From: an uncultured Chloroflexia bacterium
GTDB taxonomy: Bacteria > Chloroflexota > Anaerolineae > CG2-30-64-16
Direction: 5' to 3'
DNA length: 64,000 nt
NCBI GenBank assembly: GCA_963810095.1
Contig: CAWEMM010000006.1
Span: 32,001 to 96,000 of the forward strand
Part shown: positions 44,764 through 53,472 of the stretch, one piece after another
How positions within the stretch are numbered: the stretch's first letter is position 1
Layout of the letters: every line of letters begins with the position of its first letter
Translations under genes and position numbers: made by a program
Notes under the pieces: model-generated
The model's database searches: none
What the model saw: the letters and a program-made list of their open reading frames with translations, nothing else
What the model was told of the DNA's origin: nothing

Positions 44764-44823
44764 ATCACCAGAAACCAGGTTTCCGGTGGAAACCCGTTTT
44801 CTGCAGCCTAAGGAGCAGATACA

Positions 44824-44973
44824 ATGACATTCATGATTGCGGCGTACTTCGTCATCTGGTTGGCTTCGTTCGCCTTTATCCTCAGCATGGTGCGCCGCCA
44901 GAACACCTTGCAGCGCGAGATCACGTCGCTGCGCGAGCTCTCGCAAGAGCACGGTGAGCCGAAGCAGGGCTAA
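44824..44973 (+). CDS. ccmD: CcmD-like small membrane protein (49 aa, not in ORF track)
   Basis: AAGGAG RBS; MTFMIAAYFVIWLASFAFILSMVRRQNTLQREITSLRELSQEHGEPKQG = AY motif, TM, charged tail, right after ccmC. Confidence 0.8.
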   Translation: MTFMIAAYFVIWLASFAFILSMVRRQNTLQREITSLRELSQEHGEPKQG

Positions 44974-45054
44974 CCACAAAGACACCAAGACACCGGGACG
45001 GCAGGCGTTCTGTCGGTTCGTGTCTTCGTGCCCTTGTGTTAAGGAGATTCTCTC

Positions 45055-45957
45055 ATGACCAGGGCTAACCGCTGGCAGACCTTTGCACATGCGCTGGCCT
45101 TCGTGGCCGGCTTCAGTACGGTCTTCGTCATCATGGGCGCCACCCTGGCGACCGTGTTCGGATTCGCGCTGCGCGCGTTCCTGCCGACCTTTGTCAAGAT
45201 CGGCGGCGTGATCCTGATCCTCTTCGGTCTCCAGGTGCTGGGGGTGTTCGGCTGGCTGGCAGACCGGGTGCGGGCGGCGGGTGGCGACAAGAACGGGCTG
45301 GGCCGGCTGTTCGTCGAGGGCGTGGACGCGTTCGGGCGGATCATGTACACGGAGGGCCGGGTTCAGAAGCAGGTGGACCGGCGCTGGGGCTACTTGTCCT
45401 CCTTCGCGATGGGCGTCTTCTTCTCGGCCGGCTGGATCCCCTGCATCGGGCCGGTGCTGAGCGCCATTTACGCCATGGCCGCCATGACGGCAACAGCAGG
45501 GCAGGGTGCGCTCCTCCTGCTGGTCTACTCACTGGGCCTGGGCATCCCGTTTCTGATCACCGGCGCGGCCTTAAGCGTCGTCGCACCCCAGCTCCGGCGC
45601 CTCAACCGGCACATGGGCGTGGTGTCGAAGGTGACGGGCGTCTTCCTGATCCTCGTCGGCATCGCCATGTACATGGACCGCCTGGGGTTCCTGTCGATCT
45701 TCTTCTCACAGCAACTGGGCAACGGCCTGGCGAACGTCGACGTGGGCGGCAATTTCGCCACGGTGACCATGCCGATCGCGTTCCTGGCGGGCTTGCTCTC
45801 GTTCCTTTCCCCGTGCGTGCTCCCGCTGATCCCGGCGTACATCACGTATCTGAGCGGCACGACGGTGGCCGACGGTACGCCGACGGCGCCTGCGGGTCAG
45901 CCGGCGGCCGGCAAGTCGGGCGCCGCGAGCATCCAGACGCCCAAGGCCGGCGCATGA
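45055..45957 (+). CDS. ccdA: Cytochrome c biogenesis CcdA (DsbD-beta family), circularly permuted
   Basis: F..GFS.VF..MG, GWIPCIGPVL (Cys130), YSLGLGIPF, and AFLAGLLSFLSPCVLPLIPAY (Cys254) at the C-terminus. Confidence 0.9.
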   Translation: MTRANRWQTFAHALAFVAGFSTVFVIMGATLATVFGFALRAFLPTFVKIGGVILILFGLQVLGVFGWLADRVRAAGGDKNGLGRLFVEGVDAFGRIMYTEGRVQKQVDRRWGYLSSFAMGVFFSAGWIPCIGPVLSAIYAMAAMTATAGQGALLLLVYSLGLGIPFLITGAALSVVAPQLRRLNRHMGVVSKVTGVFLILVGIAMYMDRLGFLSIFFSQQLGNGLANVDVGGNFATVTMPIAFLAGLLSFLSPCVLPLIPAYITYLSGTTVADGTPTAPAGQPAAGKSGAASIQTPKAGA

Positions 45958-46643
45958 GCGTCGAGGTGAAGCCACCGGAGGGTGATCGCGCCCGGCGGCT
46001 GAGTGACGCCATCAACCGCCTTGCGGTGGGTTTTGCGCGGCACTGGCTGGCGATCTTCAACATCGTCGTGGCGATCTTTATCGCGCTGCCCTTCCTCGCG
46101 CCGGTGCTGATGCGTGCGGGTGCAACGGGTGCGGGGACGTTGATTTACAAGGTTTACGCACCGACGTGTCACCAGCTTCCCGAACGCTCGATCTTCCTCT
46201 TTGGCGCGGACCGGTTCTACAGCGTGAAGCAGCTGGAGAGCGACGGGTATATCCCTGAGGGGCTGAATATCCTCCAGCGTGAACAGCTGCGTTGGGACGG
46301 TTCGGCGCAGGCAGGCTGGAAGGTCGCGGTCTGCGAGCGGGACGTTGCGATCTACGGTGCCATGCTGATCGCGGGCCTGATCTTCGGGCTGCTGCGCCCA
46401 CGGCTGAAGCGGAACGGCAAGATGGCCAAGCTGCCGCTGTGGGTCTACCTGCTCACGCTGCTGCCGATTGCGGTCGATGGTTTCACGCAGTTGTTTGGGC
46501 TGCGCGAGTCGACGCCCGAGCTGCGCTTCCTGACGGGTGCACTGATGGGCGCCGCGACCGTGTTTTTCGCCTATCCCTACGTGGAAGACGCCATGAACGA
46601 CGTCGTCCGGCAGACGCCGACCGGCGGGAGCAGTTCCGGATAG
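45954..46643 (+). CDS. DUF2085-like membrane protein
   Basis: P.LAP, IY..Y...CHQ.PERS, VCERD.AIY, P..VDG.TQL.G.RES...LR..TG; ATGA overlap with ccdA. Confidence 0.8.
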   Translation: MSVEVKPPEGDRARRLSDAINRLAVGFARHWLAIFNIVVAIFIALPFLAPVLMRAGATGAGTLIYKVYAPTCHQLPERSIFLFGADRFYSVKQLESDGYIPEGLNILQREQLRWDGSAQAGWKVAVCERDVAIYGAMLIAGLIFGLLRPRLKRNGKMAKLPLWVYLLTLLPIAVDGFTQLFGLRESTPELRFLTGALMGAATVFFAYPYVEDAMNDVVRQTPTGGSSSG

Positions 46644-46677
46644 ATACTTAGCGTACGCCTGCATGACCGTCGCATTT

Positions 46678-46706
46678 TTGGACAATTCAGCGTCTTACGC
46701 TATACT
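46678..46706 (+). promoter_or_regulatory. rpsT promoter
   Basis: TTGGAC-17 nt-TATACT. Confidence 0.65.
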
Positions 46707-46804
46707 TAGCGCTTGTGACTGGCAAGCGCCGGTCACGTTTATGTCTGTCCATAACGGCCTGAGCCGTGACATCACAAGGTTAGAAGAAATCCTGGAGGCT
46801 TTCG

Positions 46805-47089
46805 GTGCCAAATCTTAAGAAGAACCCGTCTGCGTTGAAGGTTGTGCGTCGCGATGCTCGCAAGGCCGTCTACCGCGGAGCCGTCCGCACCAGCACCCGC
46901 ACCTACATCAAGAAGGCGCGCACCGTGCTGGCGAGCAGCAAGATGGAAGGGGCCGACGAGGCCGTGCTGGACGCGATCCGCGCGCTGGATAAGGCCGCGG
47001 AGAAGGGCGTCATCCACAAGAACTCGGCCGCACGGCGCAAGTCCCGGCTGATGCTGGCTCTGAACAAGGCGAAGGCCGCGAAGGCGTAA
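46805..47089 (+). CDS. rpsT: 30S ribosomal protein S20
   Basis: RT.IKK, LDKAAEKGVIHKNSAARRKSRL; GGAGG RBS with GTG start. Confidence 0.97.
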   Translation: MPNLKKNPSALKVVRRDARKAVYRGAVRTSTRTYIKKARTVLASSKMEGADEAVLDAIRALDKAAEKGVIHKNSAARRKSRLMLALNKAKAAKA

Positions 47090-47110
47090 GCTTAACCCGA
47101 GCGAAAAATC

Positions 47111-47146
47111 AAAAGGACCGGCGGATTCTCCGCCGGTCCTTTTTTG
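47111..47146. terminator. Bidirectional intrinsic terminator
   Basis: aaaaggaccggcgga-ttc-tccgccggtcctttttt. Confidence 0.9.
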
Positions 47147-47162
47147 CTTCCCAATTGGGAGG

Positions 47163-47887
47163 TCACCCGTCGGCGAGAGCGACGGCCTCATCTGGGACCG
47201 CCAACGGCGCCGGCACCGAGGCGACCATCTTGTAACCAACTTTGCGCACGGTGACAAGGACCGCCGGATGGGTGGGGCGCGCTTCGATCTTCTCCCGGAG
47301 CCACCGGATGTGAACGTCCAGCGTCCGGGTGTCGCCCAGGTAGTGGGTGTCCCAAATTTCCTTCATCAGGTCCTCGCGGAAATGACCTGGTTGGGACGCT
47401 GCATGAAGATGGCGAGCAGATGACACTGTTTGGGGGTGAGATGCGTTTCGCCCTGCGGACTGCGGACGAGACGGGCGCTCAGGTCGAGCTCGACCTGGCC
47501 CACCCGGAGCGCATGGGGCGCCAATGAGTCGAGCGCCTTGTTCAGCGTTTCGCGCAGCTTCTTGGGCGTAAAGGGCCGGACCAGTCGCTCGTCGGCCTCG
47601 ATCTGCTTACCCTCGCCGCGGTCGACCAGCAGCAGCCGGCGCGCCTGTGGCAGCTTATGCCGCAGCGTGAGGCACAGTCTCTCGCCAGAGAAATGGCTGT
47701 TTGTCGGGTTAATAACTATAATATTTGGCTTGAGTTCTCGGGCAAGCTGTAACCCCAGGGTCTGGGTGCGCGCAAAGGCAATCTCGATGCCCTCCTGCTC
47801 AATCGTCTGCCACACCTTCTCATACCCGGGATCCTCACGGCCGATGTAGAGGATTTGAGCAGGTTTCGCCCCCGAGTTCCGGCCCAT
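47163..47887 (-). CDS. OmpR-family winged-helix regulator with degenerate receiver (frameshift near 47380)
   Basis: HLTPKQ..LL..FM..P.QVI, IW...Y.GDTRTLDVHIRWLREKIE..P..P..L.TVR.VGY. Confidence 0.85.
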
Positions 47888-48071
47888 GCTGCACCCCCTC
47901 TTCCGTCCGAAACAGCATGCGGCATTATAGCGCATCTGAAGCCTGACCACAAAGCGCTGCACGGAGGCACCAGGCGTCCACCACGGCCGGAGACGCCGCC
48001 AGTGGCGGGCGTGGCTGCGCAAGTACTGCAACAGGTTGACCTTTACCCCCCGCCATGATAGAATCGAACCG

Positions 48072-48875
48072 ATGCCTTCGCAAACGAAACCCGGCGTGCC
48101 CGAGCACGCCAAACCTGTCGTCGTCATCCCCACTTATAACGAAGCCGAGAACCTGCCGGGTCTGATCGCGGAGCTACATGCGCTCGCGGTGCCTGGCTTG
48201 TCCGTGCTTGTCGTGGATGACGATTCGCCCGACGGCACCGGGCAAGTGGCGGACTGCCTCGCCGAGCGCTTGCCGGGCGTGCTCCAGGTGATGCACCGCG
48301 CGGGCAAGGATGGCCTTGGCCGGGCCTACGTAGAAGGATTCGCCCGGGCGATCGCCGACGGCGCGGACTATGTGGTCCAGATGGATGCCGATTTCTCGCA
48401 CCCTTCCGAAGCTATCCCCACCATGTTGAGGATGATGCCGGAGTACGACGTCGTCGTGGGCTCCCGCTACGTGAACGGCGGCCAGTTGGACGAGCGCTGG
48501 AGCTGGTGGCGGCGCTTTCTGAGCTGGTGGGCGAACGAAGTCTGGTCGCGGCGCATCCTCGGCCTGAGCACCCACGACATTACCGCCGGCTTCAAGTGCT
48601 GGCGCCGCACGACGCTCTTGGGCATCGGGCTGGACCGGGTGGGGTCGAACGGCTACGCGTTCCAGGTCGAGATGGCCTACCTGACCGAGCGCCTGGGCTA
48701 CCGGGTGGCGGAAATCCCGATCTACTTTGAAGACCGGCGCATCGGCAAGTCCAAGATGAGCATTCCGGTCAAAGTGCAAGGTGCGATCGATGTATTCCGG
48801 ATCCGCTACCGCCACCGCAAGGTTAGGGCCGAAGCACAAAGACGCGACGACACAAAGCTACACGAAGGCGTTTAG
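48072..48875 (+). CDS. Polyprenol-phosphate mannose synthase-like GT2 (Ppm1/DPM1)
   Basis: [54 protein letters not shown]. Confidence 0.9.
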   Translation: MPSQTKPGVPEHAKPVVVIPTYNEAENLPGLIAELHALAVPGLSVLVVDDDSPDGTGQVADCLAERLPGVLQVMHRAGKDGLGRAYVEGFARAIADGADYVVQMDADFSHPSEAIPTMLRMMPEYDVVVGSRYVNGGQLDERWSWWRRFLSWWANEVWSRRILGLSTHDITAGFKCWRRTTLLGIGLDRVGSNGYAFQVEMAYLTERLGYRVAEIPIYFEDRRIGKSKMSIPVKVQGAIDVFRIRYRHRKVRAEAQRRDDTKLHEGV

Positions 48876-48941
48876 AGAGCCTTTGTCAGCTCTCGCGGCT
48901 TTGATCCTGCGCGGACAGCCCACCCATCACGATACCGCACG

Positions 48942-51900
48942 TTGTTCGAGGTACGTTTGAAGTCATCGCGCAGAGCCGATGCGCTCGTCATCCTAGCCCT
49001 GCTCCTGCTTCCTCTGCTCTGGTTCGCGCCGCAGGCTCTGGGCGGCAAAACCCTCCTACCCGCCGATAACCTCTACCAGTATCCACCCTGGCGCACCTAC
49101 GCGGGGCAGATGGGGCTGACCGTGGCGGACGGCCAGGTCGTACCCTACAACCACCTGATCAGCGACCTGGTGCTCGAGAATCTCCAGTGGAAGTCGTTCA
49201 TCGTCGATGCGCTGAAGGCGGGCAACCCGGCCGATATCCTGTGGAATCCGCGCTCGTTTGCGGGCACCCCCTTCCTGGCTGCAGGACAAAGCTCCGCCGC
49301 CTACCCGTTGAGCCTGCTGTTCTACGTGTTGCCGCTGTGGCGGGCGTACGGCGTGTTCACCTGGCTCCAGATCGGCATCGCATCCGCGTGCATGTACGTG
49401 TTCATGCGTGTGCTGGGCGTGCGCAAGATCGCCGCGGCCTTCGCCGCCGTCGCCTACGCGTATTCGGGCTTTTTCATCGTCAGCGTCAACTTCACCATGA
49501 TCATCGCGGCCGCAGCCTGGCTGCCGCTGCTGCTGACGTGTATCGAGCTGATCGTGCGCCGCCTGGAACGGGCGGCTGAACCCCAACCCCCGGGCGCTGA
49601 GACGAAGACGCGGGGGGTCGGACCCGTCCCGTACGTGGTGCTCGGCGCAATTGTCCTGGCCGTACAGATTCTCGCGGGACACGTCGAGATCACCTACTAC
49701 ACGCTCATGGTCGGGGCGCTGTATGCGGCCTGGCGCCTCGTCCGTGCGTACCTGTTGCTGCGGCGCGGGCAGATCAGGGCATGGCCCGGGGTGCTGCGCA
49801 CCGCAACCTGGCTGGTGGTCATGATCGCGCTCGGCATGGCGCTGGGCGGGGTGCAGATCCTCCCGCTGTACGAGCTGGTGCGGCAGAGCTTCCGCGAAGG
49901 CTCGGCCAGCCTGCAGCAAGTGCGCGACTGGGCGTGGCCCTCCCGGCAGATCATCACGTTCCTCCTTCCCGACTTCTTCGGCAACCCGACGCACCACGCC
50001 TATTTCGACATTTGGCAGCGAACCTGGGTGACCGTTACCCAGAACGCGGCGGCGGAGCCCCTGCACACGATTGATTGGGGCGTGAAGAACTACGTCGAAG
50101 GGGCCAACTACCTCGGGATCGGAACCCTGCTCCTGGCGCTCACCGGCGCAGCCGCGGGGATCGCGGGCTGGGGCAGCCGGGGGCACAAGACGCAGATCTG
50201 GTTCTTCGCGGTCCTCGCGGTGCTCTCGCTCTTCTTTGCGTTTGGCACGCCCCTGTACGCGCTCCTCTATTACGGCTTGCCGGGCTACAGCCAACTGCAT
50301 TCCGCCTTCCGGTGGGTGTTCCCCTACACGCTCGTCATGGCGGCCTTGGCAGGCTTTGGGCTGGACTGGTTGCTGTCGCGACCGGCCAAGGGGCTGTGGC
50401 TGCCGCGGCTTCTCGGCTGGCTCACAGTCGCTGCCGGCGGTGTTGCGCTCCTCCTTGTCCTCGTGAGCGCCCTGCAGCCCGGACCGTTTGTCGCGCTGGG
50501 CGAGCGCTTGCTCAACTGGGGCTTCTGGTCGGATTTGGCCCGCTCCCGGGGCTTTGCTAACGGCGCCATGTTCTGGAGCTATGAAGCGGTCCAGATCGCG
50601 CTTGGTGCGATGGCGCTTCTGTCCGGCGCGGCCATTCTCGTTCTGCTGCGCCTGCCGCGAGACGCGGAATTGGGCACAGATGCCCAGCCTGAGGCGGACC
50701 TGGGAGTTGACGAGGACATGGCGGCCTACGGGCACTCGGCACCGCAGCAACCCGCCAGGCCCTCCAGGTCGATGCGCGACGTGCTGTTGCTGCTGCCGCT
50801 CCTCGTCCTGATCCTGGACCTGTGGCTTGCCGGCCGCGGCTTCAACCCCGCCATCGACCCGAAGCTGCTGGAGTTCACGCCGCCCTCGGTCGCTTTCCTG
50901 CAGAGCAAGCAGGACCCCGAACAGCCCTGGCGCCTGACAAGCCTGGATCCGCCCGACCAGAAGGTGCTTAACGCCAACTCGGCGATGCGCTACGGGCTGG
51001 AAGACGTGCGCGGGTATGACTCGATCATCCCGAAGCAGTACGTCGCCTTCATGCAGCGCATCCACCCCCAGGGCGAACTGCTCTACAACCGGATCGCGCC
51101 CATCTACTCGGAGATCGGCGGCAAGTCAAACCTGGCCGCGCTCGACAACCCGCTCCTAGACCTCCTGGGCGTGCGTTATGTCGTGTCAACCCAGCCGGTT
51201 CCAAACGAAGGATATGAGCTCGTCTATGACGACGAGGTGAAGATCTACGAGAACACGGGGGCGTTCGATCGCACCTTCATCGTCGGCGAGGCCGTCGCGG
51301 CCGGCAGCCAGGGGGAAGCGCTCGACCGCCTGCAGCAGGTGGACCCGGCCAAGACCGTTGTGGTCGAGGGGCTGCCTGAGGGCGGGCTGCCGGCCCCCGC
51401 TTCGCCACAGGTGCGCGAGGCACGGCTGGCGAACCGCGAGCTGAGCGACCGCGAGAACCGCCAGTTGTTCGTCGACGTGAACCTGAGCGACCGCGGGTGG
51501 CTCGTGCTGACCGACAGCTACTTTGAGGGCTGGAAAGCCTACCTGCGGCCCTTCGGCGTGGAAGGCGAGGGCGTCGATGCGAGCGGCCAGTCGCTCGAGG
51601 AGCAACTGCCGATCTACCGGGCCGACGGCGCGTTCCGGGCCGTTTACATCCCAAAGGCGGGCCAGTGGACCGTGCGCTTTGTCTATTCGCCCCGCAGCTT
51701 CCTCATGGGCGGCTACCTCACGTTCCTGGCCTTCGTGACCCTGATCCTGCTTCTCGGCTGGTGGGCCTGGAGCCGGTTCTACAAGGGTGAAGGCAGCGAG
51801 GTTGGCACGGTTGCGAAGAACAGTGCGGTGCAGGTCGTGATGAGCCTGTTCAACCGCGTCATCGACTTCGCCTTTGCGATGCTCCGGCTGCGCATCCTCA

Positions 51901-53357
51901 GCCCCGAGGGGGAGGGCAGCTACGTCTTCGCGATCACGTTCTACATGATCGCCGAGATCATCACCCGTTTCGGCTTGGGCACGCTGCTCACCCGAGACGT
52001 CGCTGCGCAAAAGAGCCGGGCGCGCCAGTATATGGCGAACGCCATCGTCCTGCGCACGTTGCTGTGGCTCGTCGCGATACCTGTAAGCGTGCTGGTGCTG
52101 CGGTTCTTCAGGCTGTCCGCGAACCCACCGACGCCCGCCGAGCTCCAAACCATTGCGCTCTTCATGCTGGCGCTCTTCTTCGCCAACATCGCAGACGCGC
52201 AGTCGTCCATCTTCATGGCGTTTGAGAAGATGGAGTATCCCGCCAGCACCGCCACCGCGGTCACGGTTGCCAAAGTGTTCCTGGGCGGGCTCGTGCTGCT
52301 GCCGCCCTTCAACCTCGGCTTCGTCGGCCTGGCCGGCGTGGCCGTGGTGATGAACATGTTCCAGGCAGTCTGGCTGTGGGCGCTGCTGGAAACGAAGGTG
52401 CTGCGGCCGTTCGAGAGCAGCCAGCGCGGTGCAGGAGCGACCGGCGCCGTCGCTGCTACTTCGCCGGCCGTGCCCGAGCCGGGCGGCGCGAAGCGCTTCG
52501 ACTGGCGGCTGCAGAAGTACATGCTGCGCGAGTCTGGCCCGCTGATGATCAACCACCTGTTGGCTACCGTCTTCTGGCGCATCTCGCAGCTTGTGCTGTT
52601 TGGGGCGGCCGGCGCAGCCGCAGTGGGCATTTTCTCGGCGGGCGTCAAGTACGTCGACGGGCTCAACGTCATCCCGGCCTACTTTACCGCCGCGATCTTC
52701 CCGCTGATGAGCCGCTATGCGCACACCGGCAGAGAGTCGCTGCTCAAGGGGTACAAGCTGGCGCTGCAGCTGCTGTTTGTGGTTGCGCTGCCCATAGCGG
52801 TCTTCTTTACGTTCGCCTCGACGCCGCTGATCCGCATCCTCGGCGGCGCTGCGTACCTCCCCGATTCGGCCACGGCGCTCGCGATCATGATCTGGTCGAT
52901 CCCGATCGGCTTCATGAACTCGGTGACGCAGTACACGCTCATCGCGGTGCAGCGACAGCGCTTCCTGACGATCGCGTTCGTGATCGGTGTGGCCTGGGTG
53001 ACCGTCAGCAACTGGCTGCTGGTGCCCAGGTACGGCGCGATTGCCGCCGCCGCGCTGCTCATCCCCGCGGAGATCTCGCTCTTCATCCCGTTTTGCTGGG
53101 CAGTGCACCGGTGGGTCGGGCCGATCCCCTGGCTGCCGCTGCTGGGTAAGCCGCTCTTGGCAACTGCCGTCAATGTCGTTATAGTATGGGGCTTGATGCG
53201 ACTGGGCGTGGGGCTGATCCTGGCCCTGACGGCCGGATTCGCGGCGTATGCAGGGTTGCTCCTGCTGCTCGGCGTCTTCCGGGGGCCTGAATTTGCCGTG
53301 GTGCGCAATACCCTCGCCCGGCGCTTGCGCCGGCAGTCGCCGGAGCCGACAGGGTGA
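48942..53357 (+). CDS. YfhO-like GT-C membrane glycosyltransferase fused to a Wzx/MOP-type oligosaccharide flippase
   Basis: WNP..F.G.PF.A..Q...YP, GYDS, LLDLLGVRY, L.LTDSY..GWKA, FRAV, V.F.Y.P; from ~51800 TVAKNS...FGL..LLTRDVA...FEKM...G.FSAG..12-14 TM flippase; single open frame. Confidence 0.8.
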   Translation: MFEVRLKSSRRADALVILALLLLPLLWFAPQALGGKTLLPADNLYQYPPWRTYAGQMGLTVADGQVVPYNHLISDLVLENLQWKSFIVDALKAGNPADILWNPRSFAGTPFLAAGQSSAAYPLSLLFYVLPLWRAYGVFTWLQIGIASACMYVFMRVLGVRKIAAAFAAVAYAYSGFFIVSVNFTMIIAAAAWLPLLLTCIELIVRRLERAAEPQPPGAETKTRGVGPVPYVVLGAIVLAVQILAGHVEITYYTLMVGALYAAWRLVRAYLLLRRGQIRAWPGVLRTATWLVVMIALGMALGGVQILPLYELVRQSFREGSASLQQVRDWAWPSRQIITFLLPDFFGNPTHHAYFDIWQRTWVTVTQNAAAEPLHTIDWGVKNYVEGANYLGIGTLLLALTGAAAGIAGWGSRGHKTQIWFFAVLAVLSLFFAFGTPLYALLYYGLPGYSQLHSAFRWVFPYTLVMAALAGFGLDWLLSRPAKGLWLPRLLGWLTVAAGGVALLLVLVSALQPGPFVALGERLLNWGFWSDLARSRGFANGAMFWSYEAVQIALGAMALLSGAAILVLLRLPRDAELGTDAQPEADLGVDEDMAAYGHSAPQQPARPSRSMRDVLLLLPLLVLILDLWLAGRGFNPAIDPKLLEFTPPSVAFLQSKQDPEQPWRLTSLDPPDQKVLNANSAMRYGLEDVRGYDSIIPKQYVAFMQRIHPQGELLYNRIAPIYSEIGGKSNLAALDNPLLDLLGVRYVVSTQPVPNEGYELVYDDEVKIYENTGAFDRTFIVGEAVAAGSQGEALDRLQQVDPAKTVVVEGLPEGGLPAPASPQVREARLANRELSDRENRQLFVDVNLSDRGWLVLTDSYFEGWKAYLRPFGVEGEGVDASGQSLEEQLPIYRADGAFRAVYIPKAGQWTVRFVYSPRSFLMGGYLTFLAFVTLILLLGWWAWSRFYKGEGSEVGTVAKNSAVQVVMSLFNRVIDFAFAMLRLRILSPEGEGSYVFAITFYMIAEIITRFGLGTLLTRDVAAQKSRARQYMANAIVLRTLLWLVAIPVSVLVLRFFRLSANPPTPAELQTIALFMLALFFANIADAQSSIFMAFEKMEYPASTATAVTVAKVFLGGLVLLPPFNLGFVGLAGVAVVMNMFQAVWLWALLETKVLRPFESSQRGAGATGAVAATSPAVPEPGGAKRFDWRLQKYMLRESGPLMINHLLATVFWRISQLVLFGAAGAAAVGIFSAGVKYVDGLNVIPAYFTAAIFPLMSRYAHTGRESLLKGYKLALQLLFVVALPIAVFFTFASTPLIRILGGAAYLPDSATALAIMIWSIPIGFMNSVTQYTLIAVQRQRFLTIAFVIGVAWVTVSNWLLVPRYGAIAAAALLIPAEISLFIPFCWAVHRWVGPIPWLPLLGKPLLATAVNVVIVWGLMRLGVGLILALTAGFAAYAGLLLLLGVFRGPEFAVVRNTLARRLRRQSPEPTG

Positions 53358-53472
53358 AGGAAGCATTCGCCGCGAGGACCCGAAGACACCAGGGTCCACA
53401 ATGGGCTCCGCAGAAGCCGCGGGCATCTTCGTGTCTTTGTGGTGGGTCATCCGCCATCAGAAGGAAGCAATC

